Shown here: positions 55,516 through 64,000 of the stretch, piece by piece | Layout of the letters: each line of letters starts with the position of its first letter | How positions within the stretch are numbered: position 1 is the first letter of the stretch | NCBI RefSeq assembly: GCF_001194135.2 | Contig: NC_068999.1 | Location: 48,846,837 to 48,910,836, forward strand | Reading direction: 5' to 3' | Source: Octopus bimaculoides | Taxonomy: Eukaryota | DNA length: 64,000 nt | Position numbers and translations under genes: made by a program | The notes under the pieces: model-generated | Told to the model about the DNA's origin: nothing | Databases searched by the model: none | Seen by the model: the letters and a program-made list of their open reading frames with translations, nothing else

Positions 55516-58500
55516 TCTCTCTTTCGGCATGGAACAATGCGGAAGATGTAAGCTGGCCTTTTTTCTATACATTATCTTCAACTACATTATTATAGAGGCT
55601 GCTACCATTTTTGTTGTTGCTGTTGTCCTAGCTGTTGTTGAAAACAAAACAACTAGCAGCAGATCATCTAATAGTGAATGGTATTGTTTTCTGTTTTCTT
55701 TTTTGCTGTTCATAGTTTATGTTTTGAAAGTAATATGACATGTGCAGCTGATGTGCAGTTTAATGCCATTTAGAGTTGCATTGGAATTTGTAGCTCAATT
55801 GATGAAATAATAAACGTATTTTTTCTTTAAAACTTTGCTTTGTTTATTCTCTGCTTTTCAAAGATTGTATATGTGTGTTTTTAAACCTTCTACTGATAAA
55901 TATTTAAATGCCATATTGATTATTTAACCCTTTAGCAGCAAGGTTAAGATACTTCTCCACCGCTACGAGCATCCTTGGCCATAAAAGTGTTTAGATCTGT
56001 TACAGGCTATGACCAAAAAAATAAAGACAAAAAAAAGTTTTTGTTCTGTGAACTGGGGAAAAAAAAAAAAAAAAAAAAATTTCAGGTTGGCAATCAGTTA
56101 TTTAACTCTTTTGTCTGTATTTAATATGAAAGACATTGTTTGTGTTTTGAGTCAAGTCATATCTTGTGAATTTAAACTTGGTTGCTGGAAACTATATAGA
56201 AGCACCCCCTGGATGGCATGTAACTGTAATTCAAAAGTACAACCTTGTCACACATCTCAAGAAAATATATTTCACACACACACACACACACACACAGCAG
56301 CAGCAGCTGCCACCACAACCACCACCACAACCACCACCACCACCACCACCACCACCTAAGCTAGTATGCAACTAGTATGTAACCTGGTGTGGTTAAGAAG
56401 TTTGTTTTGCAACCATGTAGATAAAAGCATGCATTAAAAAAAAAATTACCAGCAAAAAAGGAATGAGGGTCAGATGAATAGGAACTGCCACTGCGTAATC
56501 CGATTGTAGGGTCTGAAAATATAAAGAGAACAAGTGTTGATACATGGCAATGTCAGCAGAATGCAAGGAATATAGAGATTACATATATTATATATAGTGT
56601 ACTGTTGCATTATTGGTAGGACCAACAAAAAAAAGGTACTCCATTGAGCAAGAGATAAATGCTTATTAAATTATACATATACTCACACACATATACGTAA
56701 CAACAAGTTGGCTCAACTCCACATTACTTAGAGTGTCAGGTGTGCAAACCACATCATCTGATGTTCAGAGTCAAAGTGGGGAGAATTTGAAATGGCTTCT
56801 AGATGAAAGAATTTAGTTTATGTAGGAATCTTAGCTACTTTAGCAACATCAGTTCTCTCATTGCATGTGTTCCACGTGGTGAAGAAGACAAGAAATTGGA
56901 ATCAGTTAGTTAGCATTTTGTGAAGTCACATGTAAGGTGTGATATCTCAGTAACATCAATTTTTTTTCACTGCATACTCCATAAGGTTGAGTAAACAGCA
57001 TGTCAGCATCACAACAATTACCAAGTGGAGAGCTAACCAGTTTGATGTCAGGTTACATATGAGTATGTGTAACAAACACAGCTGCCAGATGATAGTAGGT
57101 TGTAATCTCTCTACAAGCAAAATGGATTATCAAACCCTGTCATAGTATGCTGGCCATCTAGCCCTAGTGTGGTATTTTCAGATTAATAGAGGCCAAAACT
57201 TCAAGTCCATTAACAGAGTGTATCTCTGATGACAACAATGGGATAAGATGGTTTTCCTACTGATAGGCATTGCAGGCTGCTGGAATATATGTAGTTTTTC
57301 ACAGAAGCAGAGCTGGCAATTATAAGCTCCAGATGAGTAAGGAGAGGTCCAATCCAAGATACTCTGTGTAATTTCGAGGATGTTGTTTCCAAGTTACTAG
57401 AGTTTCCAGAAGTTGGACAAGGAGGTAGGGCTTTCCCTATGCCTAAACCTAAAGGAGTGCATGTATTGCATGAATCTTCCTTTTAAGTCATTGGCTGCTA
57501 TGCCTATGCAGTGTCTTGTGATGCCATTAGATGATGTGAGGGTGACTCAAATATACAACAGACTGTGAAAGGCAGGATCCTCCCAGTGTGAAAGTTGGTA
57601 GGATTTCAGCAGTTACAGATTAGTGTGAACTAATGAGTATGTGTTTTCCCTTTTGTTGTAGATTGCAATGTTTCAAGTTACATTATCTAAACATGAATAG
57701 CTAACCTTGACACTATGAAAATTAAAGAGTTTATAATATCTGTGGGTTCTTGGGAAATTCTGTCTAATTAGCATCAGGAAGCCTTTAGGTAGATAAGTGG
57801 AAACATCTAGATTGAACAGGGAATTAAATCTAATTACCTTTCTTTTTCAAACTCACATTGGTTTGGTGGAAAGCATGGGGAGTCCTCCATACATACCAAC
57901 TTATCAGTAAAGCCATTCTTTCCTAGTGTCTCATTATAATGGGGTGTAGCCCTGCTGAAGATCTCTCCCTCCTCCTCTCTATTTACAAATAGTTTGGAGA
58001 TCTTTCTGCTGATACCTGTGACTAAGTTTCTAATTACAGCTGGGAAGTAGTTGGAGTGTTTATGAATAGCCACTCCCTTGCTGTCAACTATTTATGAAGG
58101 TGTTTGTGTGAAAACTTAGAGAAGCCCATCATGTATGTATGTGTTTGCATGTTACATTTGAGCTCTACAAAAGTTACGAGCTATAAAACAGTGTTGCTGT
58201 TGTCAGCACTTCTGTCAAAATATATGCTCGCTTCATATTTCTGAAGACATGTGAAATAAGAGATACCTTAATCAAAAAATAGGCAAGAGGTAGTGACAGG
58301 GAAACACCCAGCTGTAAAACAATGCCTTAATTAATATATACATATGACCCATGCTAGCATAGAAAAACGGATATAAAAACGAACAAAGATAACAGAATTG
58401 CTATTAAATATATACAGAATGAACCAAGCCTATAACAAAATTCAATGTGGTTCTTTGACCTGCTAGTGAGAGCAGCCAAATGAATCCCTCTGAAGTCAAA

Positions 58501-58812
58501 AAGAAATCAAAATAAAATTTAACACTGAGCAAAGTAGTCTCTGATGTACAAAAAGATAGGATGTCCATGGATGGAATGTCTTTGAAAATAGTACATTTCA
58601 ACCTGGGCCCATCTTAGACTAAACACCAACAAGAACTAAAGGAAAAACAGAAATATAACATAGAAGTAAAGACTTACCTTTCCGGCATATTTTTCTCCTT
58701 TTAAAATTCAACCCCGTCCAATTTGATGAAGAAAAAATGCTTATATTCATTTGAATATTTACATCAACTTCAGCATTTAATAAATTTGTGCAAGGAAGTT
58801 TCACTTTGAACA
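9015..58812 (-). CDS. RYK: RYK/Derailed receptor tyrosine pseudokinase, 5'-partial; exons 58812-58678, 45635-45470, 17757-17675, 16671-16546, 13673-13581, 12866-12661, 11888-11779, 10420-10261, 10163-10027, 9126-9015
   Basis: All 10 exons have AG/GT ends and matching phases (1,2,1,1,1,0,2,0,2), giving 1328 nt of open frame. The protein has WIF C-terminus LNFKRRKIC, a TM helix, [67 protein letters not shown] and FYTALGRYI*, all characteristic of RYK. Confidence 0.97.
9394..9602 (+). mobile_element. SINE family A (tRNA head ggcgcaggagtggctgtgtggtaag; body accttgggcaagtgtcttctactatagc; internal CA/TA microsatellite). Copies near 1846-2038(+), 10593-10913(+), 15935-16110(+), 16775-16940(+), 20555-20690(+), 32000-32300(+), 40170-40575(-), 42960-43120(-), 47300-47735(-), 53990-54215(-), 54745-54812(-), 62440-62540(+), 63435-63595(-)
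   Basis: Repeated, mutually alignable sequence with Pol III A/B-box-like motifs. Confidence 0.85.
10027..10163 (-). CDS. RYK: RYK exon, kinase subdomains IX-X (137 nt, phase 0-2; not in ORF track)
   Basis: atttgcag|TGG GCT ... GAA TT|gtgagt; [45 protein letters not shown]; the preceding intron is only 97 nt. Confidence 0.96.
10261..10420 (-). CDS. RYK: RYK exon, activation loop (160 nt, phase 2-0)
   Basis: ttctgcag|A GTC ... GAT GTG|gtaagt; [53 protein letters not shown]. Confidence 0.96.
10739..10806. repeat. Perfect 32-bp inverted repeat with 4-nt loop inside a family A SINE
   Basis: actgaaagaagcctgtcatatatacacatata-cata-tatatgtgtatatatgacaggcttctttcagt. Confidence 0.9.
11779..11888 (-). 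CDS. RYK: RYK exon, catalytic loop (110 nt, phase 0-2; not in ORF track)
   Basis: atttcag|GCT CTC ... TGT TT|gtaagt; [36 protein letters not shown]. Confidence 0.95.
12661..12866 (-). CDS. RYK: RYK exon, alphaC to hinge and insert (206 nt, phase 1-0)
   Basis: aattgcag|AC CAA ... CAT TAC|gtatgt; [29 protein letters not shown]...[20 protein letters not shown]. Confidence 0.94.
13004..13311 (-). mobile_element. SINE family D (head gtgaaggtgcatggct; CORE-like body gttcttgagcaagacactttatttcacattgctcca). Relatives at 9615-9890(-), 13785-14112(-), 20720-20840(-), 21868-22080(+), 25265-25465(-), 33780-34100(-), 39875-40010(+)
   Basis: Shared head and body; this copy is flanked by target-site duplication tcaaatgtaa (12994-13003 and 13315-13324). 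Confidence 0.8.
13581..13673 (-). CDS. RYK: RYK exon, Gly-loop to beta3 Lys (93 nt, phase 1-1)
   Basis: ttcttcaag|GA ACA TTT GGT ... ACA G|gtgagt; [30 protein letters not shown]. Confidence 0.94.
14172..14440 (+). mobile_element. R4/Dong-like RLE non-LTR retrotransposon, 3' fragment
   Basis: [29 protein letters not shown]...[20 protein letters not shown]; begins directly after a (TAA)n tract. Confidence 0.75.
15391..15622 (-). mobile_element. R4/Dong-like RLE retrotransposon, 3' fragment
   Basis: [35 protein letters not shown]...[22 protein letters not shown]; 5' junction at (TAA)n with a short duplication of aagacttgctaatagaaat. Confidence 0.85.
16546..16671 (-). CDS. RYK: RYK exon, juxtamembrane to kinase start (126 nt, phase 1-1; not in ORF track)
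   Basis: ttttttcag|GT CTT ... GAA G|gtaatt; [41 protein letters not shown]. Confidence 0.92.
16950..17320 (+). mobile_element. 5'-truncated RTE LINE; the same tail occurs at about 12105-12390(-), 30515-30578(-), 48530-48740(-), 48790-49090(+), 50770-50870(-) and 63245-63430(+)
   Basis: [24 protein letters not shown], then the shared 3' UTR ending gcatggaaaatagacattaaa(tga)n. Confidence 0.75.
17335..17635 (-). mobile_element. SINE family C (young, CpG-intact, tRNA head gcgcaatggcccagtggttagggcag); second copy at 11367-11712(-) with a different tail
   Basis: A box TGGCCCAGTGG, B box GGTTTCGATTCC; the two copies share head and body. Confidence 0.85.
17675..17757 (-). CDS. RYK: RYK exon, juxtamembrane Ser/Gln-rich segment (83 nt, phase 2-1)
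   Basis: atttcag|T GAC ... TCT G|gtaagt; [27 protein letters not shown], matching the RYK SSSQ...YLRADTPNN motif. Confidence 0.93.
18655..18850. repeat. Repeat family G, resembling a Penelope-like pseudo-LTR; other copies at 24890-24992 and 33505-33620
   Basis: Shared gacaggtg..tattagtttaacgctcggga..gtctttgacgtttcgag; minus strand reads tgaagagc..ggctcgaaacgt. Confidence 0.5.
22690..22910 (-). mobile_element. Repeat family F (tttagccccaggtcag...atttggctgctatttctagcagg); other copies near 42400-42540, 46210-46370, 59460-59520, 61050-61260
   Basis: Recurring motifs shared between copies. Confidence 0.65.
22950..24430. promoter_or_regulatory. CpG-retaining intronic island, candidate enhancer or internal promoter
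   Basis: About 40 CpG in 1.5 kb by hand count versus about 13 in 2000-5000; AP-1 motif TGACTCA at 23837-23843. Confidence 0.4.
26283..26520 (-). mobile_element. Mariner transposase C-terminal remnant with terminal inverted repeat
   Basis: [16 protein letters not shown] / [23 protein letters not shown]; TIR-like ggtgatatcaaaaggttcccggact. Confidence 0.8.
27460..30060. repeat. About 2.6-kb compound TA/CA/GT microsatellite field; similar fields at 8450-9000 and 44820-45430, and a pure (GT)n at 39630-39711
   Basis: Direct inspection; source of the YIYI and THTH ORFs. Confidence 0.95.
30067..30160. other. 94-nt long hairpin in unique intronic sequence (candidate small-RNA precursor or MITE)
   Basis: 15-bp and 12-bp perfect stems plus an intermediate paired segment; 5-nt loop gctca. 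Confidence 0.6.
34935..35236 (+). mobile_element. R4/Dong-like RLE retrotransposon, 3' end with 3' UTR
   Basis: [58 protein letters not shown]; (TAA)n on both sides. Confidence 0.85.
35288..35800 (+). mobile_element. About 480-bp interspersed repeat (family H) with (AAT)n tail; 3' portion also at 3040-3345(-)
   Basis: The two copies align (agccatgtgttgagaggaattctttgg ... gtgtcactttgatggcatgc). Confidence 0.75.
35800..35960 (+). mobile_element. R4/Dong-like RLE retrotransposon fragment
   Basis: [39 protein letters not shown]; follows a (TAA)n tract. Confidence 0.8.
37731..37790 (+). mobile_element. Degenerate hAT/Charlie-type terminus
   Basis: cagtcatggataaactgtggcccgagagctgcatgtggccc resembles CAGGGGTGGGCAAACTACGGCCCGCGGGCCGCATGCGGCCC. 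Confidence 0.45.
39031..39262 (+). mobile_element. SINE family B (head gcggtgagctggcagaatcgttag; core gcctttcatcctttcggggtcgataaaataagtaccag, possibly Meta/MESC-domain-like). About 20 copies, e.g. 14975-15200(+), 15645-15865(+), 18995-19200(+), 19430-19640(-), 22195-22575(+, two), 37810-38215(-, two), 38560-39005(-, two), 62755-62880(-)
   Basis: Direct alignment between copies; B-box gagttcaaattcc; ATT-repeat tails. The superfamily name is from recall and is unverified. Confidence 0.85.
45470..45635 (-). CDS. RYK: RYK exon, stalk and transmembrane helix (166 nt, phase 1-2)
   Basis: tcctcag|CT CCA ... ATG AG|gtatgt; [54 protein letters not shown]. Confidence 0.93.
50960..51105 (+). mobile_element. 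Mariner C-terminal remnant with right TIR
   Basis: [23 protein letters not shown] followed by ccaggaacttttcagcacacctc..ta. Confidence 0.75.
52300..52475 (+). mobile_element. Tc1 transposase fragment
   Basis: MTDLSDFQK ... [33 protein letters not shown], containing the first Asp of the DDE motif. Confidence 0.85.
57190..58075 (-). mobile_element. Decayed Penelope-like retroelement (RT C-terminus plus GIY-YIG endonuclease)
   Basis: Frameshifted peptides [88 protein letters not shown]. Confidence 0.85.
58678..58812 (-). CDS. RYK: RYK exon, C-terminal half of WIF domain (135 nt, phase 1-1)
   Basis: ctttgcag|TG TTC AAA ... CGG AAA G|gtaagt; [44 protein letters not shown] with tetrabasic KRRK. 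Confidence 0.93.
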
Positions 58813-60009
58813 CTGCAAAGATACAAAAGAATTCCACAGTTTAAATAATGAAACAAAAATGTGTGTGTGTGTGTGTGTGTGTGATTATTCCGTTTTATTT
58901 CAAGGTTTCTTACCCCAGTAAAGAGTCAATTTCTAACATAGATCCAAGGCTCCTTCATTGGAATTTCAACAACATCAACAGGTTGTTTTTGACAATAATC
59001 CGAATGCTAAAGAGTTAAACCCTTTTAAACCGGCCATATCCGGCCAAAATATTCTACCTGTTTTATGTTCAAACTGGCCAGATCTGGTTTCTCACACCAA
59101 CCCTACAATATCATTTTAAAAATTAACAGTAGATTTACTGTATTTTCTGACATACAAGTTGATGTAGTATGTAGTGTAGACACACAGTATGAACATTCAA
59201 ACATTGTCACTATCTTCTCAAATCCTGCTGCATTTCCCATGGAATTTTTGGTCTTTCAAAGTTGTCTTGGTGCTTATGCCAACCTACCCTTTATGGCTGT
59301 AAATATTGGTCTGAAAAATTTGACTTGTGTGCCAATATATTAGAGTATGATCAAAAGCTTTCCAACTGTGACCATCCAGTCTTTTATCGATTTATTTTAT
59401 CCATTCAGTCTTTTATTTATTTATTTATTTATTTCATTCAATTCGTTTCTCTTATCTAAGACAGTAGAATGGTGATTCTTCGACAGTAATTTGGCTGCTA
59501 CTTCTAGTATCTTGAATAACAGAGTATAGAATTCCTCTTCTACATTTGCAGTAAGTAAAATACCAAACCTACCCACTGCCAATCTTGTTAACTATATTCT
59601 TGCCTCAATCCTTACTTTACAAAACAAACTCACAGAATTTATTGAAAATAAATAAATAAATAAATAAATATACATACAAAATAAAATCAAAATAAATATA
59701 TTTCTACAAAGTGTTAAGCAAACACAATCTACTTTTCAATCTGCACAAACACGTCTTCCTGTAAGCTAGAATTAAAAACAATTGACACTTTGTACATAAG
59801 TGACAAGTATTTCTTCCTTTCTTTTTTTTTCTCCTCAGTTGTCTGCGATAATCTAATCCACTTGAAATGAAGAATCATATATTACACCTTTTGTTTATTT
59901 ATTTATTTATCTATTTACTTTCTTATTTCTTTTTAAAAATTCCATTTTGTACAGCATGTGTTTTGAGTTTTCTGCTAGTCAAATTGCAAATGATCCTTGA
60001 TAAAAATGC

Positions 60010-60275
60010 CAATGATGATGATGATGATGATGGCAACAATGATAATACTGATGATGCTGATAAAGATGATGATGATGATGATGATAAAAATGTTGACGAT
60101 GATGAAGATGATAAAAATGTTGACGATGATGGTGACAATGATGACGATGATAACAGTGATGATAAAAATCAGGATGAGGATGACAACAATAGTAATGATG
60201 ACGACGATGATGATGACCGTGACGGTGATCATAGTGATGATGATGACGATAACGATGATGATGGTGACAATGCTA
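60010..60275. repeat. Degenerate (GAT/GAC)n low-complexity tract with an internal 27-bp duplication
   Basis: Produces poly-D, poly-M and poly-I ORFs; gatgataaaaatgttgacgatgatg occurs twice. Confidence 0.9.
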
Positions 60276-63200
60276 GCAGTATTCATGAAACAAGTATTGC
60301 CAATAGAATTTTTTTTTTTTTCCAGAAAATATCAAAGTTGGTTACCGATTTTTGTGCATGTATAAATATGTGCACATGCATGTCCACATATGTGCATATA
60401 CACACATATACATGCATACATACACACACACACATGCATGCACACTGTATTTAAATGTGTGTATCTGTAGTAATCTGCATACCTACTTACAGACACATAT
60501 TATGAATATTATGATCAAAGCATGCAAACCCAAATATATATATTGAGTCATACCAAAATGCTTTGGCATATGCAAATATACATTTGTGCAATCATACATG
60601 CATAGATAATAATGCATGTACAAAGGCACAAATATGCACACATATTCTTGCACTAATACCCACATGCACAGTAGATTAGATCTTATCTTGCCCCTATTGT
60701 GAATTTTAATTTAGATCAGATTAAGGGGAAATTGCACTAACCCACGCTGCTACCAACATCAACATCAAAGGACTACTGATAACATTAGCACCACAACTAT
60801 GGCGACAACCATGACCACCACAACAAACACCATCACCAGAAGTAAACAGTAACACCATCAGTACCCCCGCAATCAACAAAAAACCCTAGCACAACAAACA
60901 TTACGTTACAGTCCTTTCCTTACACTGCAATTACCACAGATACTACCTCCTCTGCCATCATCATGTTTATTAACAACAGCAAGCAGTTTGCACCACCGCC
61001 TTCACTTCCAGCACCATTTCCGAGATGACAATCACAAGGAAGCCTCCATGTGTTTGTCACTCAACCTGCTAGAAATAGCAGCTAAGTTACCTCCAATAGC
61101 AGCCTACTGTAATAAGTAAAAAAAAATAGGTTACATTGAACAATGCAGTCCTTAGAAGCTTCTGAAAAGACAGGGATGATCACAGCCGAAATGACTCTGA
61201 TCGCAGACCACAGGTCTAGCTACACTCAATCTGGCCTGGCCTGGGGCTAAACAACAACGACAATAATAATTGTTATTCATAAAATGAAGTACCAGTGAAG
61301 TACTGGCATCAAGATAATCAGCAACCAATCTCTCCCCAGCATCACTATCGACATAACGCCTACCATCATGACTACCGCCATCTTCCACCTCCTTCTCCTC
61401 CTCATCATCGTCAAGAAGAATAAATGAAAGCAATTATAAGTAGCATTATTGCAATCACCATCTATATAGCTGCCACCACCATCACCATAATCACCATCAG
61501 TTACATGAATTTAACAACAACAACAACGTTGCCACCACCACCACCACAAGCAATACTAGATCATTGCTTGTACCACTGACAAAGAAAGCTGAACCCCACC
61601 CCACTGCCACCCTCTCCAAGAAAAGTCCAAGGACAAAAAAGAAAAGAAAGGAGAGAGAGATTGGAATTGGTTTACTTCAGATGTTAGAGAGATATCTCTG
61701 TGACATTCAATGAAACAACAATAGAATTTGGAAAGGAATTTGAAGATTACAAGAAACTTCCTCTTCCTTAACATTCTCTGTCTCTGTCTGTCTGTCTGTC
61801 TGTCTCTCTCTAGCAACGAATCAAATAAATATATAAACAAATAAAATTATCTTCCTTTTTTTTTTTGCTTCAGTTCTTATCAATAAAAATTCCAAGTTGA
61901 TGGAAATAATCCTATTTTAATAATTCAATTTTAAGGTTGTTGTTTGCTTTTTGTCATGGTTTTTTTTTCTGTTTTTGTTTTTGCTTTAAAGATTATTTCA
62001 TTTTTATTTTTAATGAGATTGCTTTAATGAAAGAAAATAACAAAATTTAAGGGAAAAAACAAACGAAAACGGCAAAAGGTAAAAAGAAAAAAAGGAAACC
62101 CAAAGAAAACAAAAGAAAAAGGTAAAGAAGAAAGAAAAGAAGGTAAACAGAGAAAGAAAAAGAAGAAAGTAAATGAAAAAGTAAAGGCTGGGTTAGGAGG
62201 TGGGTTGCGAGTTGGCTGAAATCTTTGATAATTGGAGAGGAAAAATATTTTATAAGACTTAGTAAACAGTATGAGTAATCTTTAACTGTTGTTAGACAGA
62301 AAGCAGAATTGGTAGACCGGCAGGAAAAAACATGACTTGCACTATTTAGTTTACATCTCTGTATGTTCTGAGTTCAAAGCCCAGCAATGGCTGACTGGTA
62401 TTTTTTCTTTTAAACCTTCTAGAATTGATAAAATACTGGAGTCCCTGGGCCAACCAATGCCTTGTGAGTGAATTTGGGAGATGAAAATTGTGTGGAAGCC
62501 CATCATGTGTGTGCATGTGTGTGTGTGTGTGTGTGTGCGTGCGTTGGTTGCCTTGCTTGAGAAACAGCCTGAGATGATTTTTAAAATGAGAATATCTGAA
62601 ATAAACTCGACTGCTCTCACAAATGAGAATACTAAAAATGAACCTGACCGCTCTCAAAAATTAAGTAAAAAAAAACTGGAAAAATAATCCAGAACCTTTG
62701 TCCGGTATCAGATCGATCCCAAAATCCAATCAGTTCGTGCCAGCCACAAGGCCAAGCATCCAAAGAGATGAAAGGCAAAGTCGAGCTCAGCTGAATATCA
62801 ACTCAGAACGTAAAGATGGACGGAATGCCACTAAGCATCTGCCCTGCATGCTGAGGATGCAGCCAGCTTGTCACCTTGAGAATATATTTAATATTACTCT
62901 TATTTAAGCTTAAACAGTAAAGTTACTAGGAGGTGATAGCACATTGGCCCAAGAATAAAGACATTGTGATTTGGGACCAGTTAGTTCCCCTTCATTTACT
63001 TGAAATTCCTAACACAAAATCTTAGATACAAATACTTAAAAACTGCAGTATTTTGGTAGTCAAACCAATACCCTACACATCTCAATGAAAAAGTTTCAAG
63101 TCTCAATTCATGGTGGTGAAGCAAGATCTTCAAACGTTGGGACTCAAAGAGGCAATGACAAATGCCTGAAACCTTTGGCAATATGCTGTGTTTGAGAAGA

Positions 63201-63593
63201 CTCATCAAGCCAAGTGAGATCATAGTTGTGACCGATTCCAGTGTCATGTAACTGGCACCCGTGCTGGTGGCATGTAAAAAGCACCTATTACATTCTTGGA
63301 GTGGTTGGCATTAGGAAGGGCGTCCAGCCAAATCAGATTGGAACCTGGTGCAGCTCTCCAGCTTACCAGCTTTCAGTCAAACCATCCAACCCATGCCAGC
63401 ATGGAAAGCAGATGCTAAATGATGATGACAACAGCCTTTCTTTCAGTTTCCATCTACCAAATCCACTCACAAGACTTTGGTCAGCCCAAAGCTACAGTTG
63501 AAGGTATTTGCCCAAAGTACCATCATGTAGTAGGACGGAACCTGGAACCATGTGGTTAGGAAGCAAGCTTCTCACCACACGGATATGTCTGTG

Positions 63594-63663
<70 letters not shown>

Positions 63664-64000
63664 TACATATTCATGGTGGTGCATAACTGCATAGCTGAAA
63701 ATAGATAAAGATATATATGTATATATTTGACTGTTTATCTATCTATCTACCTACACACACACATTTGCATTACTCGTAAACATGCAAACTGCACTCCCAT
63801 TATCCACCCCGATGAGCACACCACATCATGCTTCATGTTATGCATGTTTACGCTATGTTAGAGATATTGTGATATTGTTATAGATACACATAATGAAAAC
63901 TCAATATACATCCAACATACACACCTACGAATGCACATACATAAATACACACATTTATACATTACATATATTACATACATACATTCACACACACACACAC

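Noticed and set aside
59867-60454. 195-aa Asp-rich ORF resembling an acidic biomineralisation protein
   Set aside because: A (GAT)n-derived tract open in several frames, with no signal peptide or splice support.
59000-64000. Search for upstream RYK exons (signal peptide, first half of WIF)
   Set aside because: No minus-strand segment with a WIF-like translation and phase-1 donor was recognised; they are probably outside the window.

Overview
AT-rich animal genomic DNA dense in microsatellites and SINEs, with several N-gaps. The repeat landscape suggests an octopus or other coleoid cephalopod (inference). The window is dominated by one minus-strand gene, a RYK/Derailed-family Wnt-binding receptor tyrosine pseudokinase. 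I reconstructed 10 GT-AG exons by hand between 58812 and 9015 (1328 nt) that join in one open frame: C-terminal half of the WIF domain with KRRK, TM helix, juxtamembrane region, pseudokinase (LEGTFG / VFIK / HKDLATRN / DNS for DFG) and a C-terminal LGRYI* PDZ-type motif. The signal-peptide and first WIF exons were not found and probably lie beyond 64000. Four of these exons are missing from the ORF track, most of whose entries are microsatellite artefacts. Introns and flanks hold several tRNA-headed SINE families, RTE LINE 3' ends, four R4/Dong-like RLE LINE 3' ends at (TAA)n tracts, a decayed Penelope-like RT/GIY-YIG element, Tc1 and mariner remnants, and TTAA piggyBac-type MITEs. I found no clearly new biological system. 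The best leads are a unique 94-nt intronic hairpin, modular head/body/tail swapping among SINEs, a candidate frame-shifting exon between the WIF and TM exons, close inverted-repeat pairs (possible ADAR substrates) and a CpG-rich intronic island. Repeat boundaries are approximate; exon boundaries were counted to the base.
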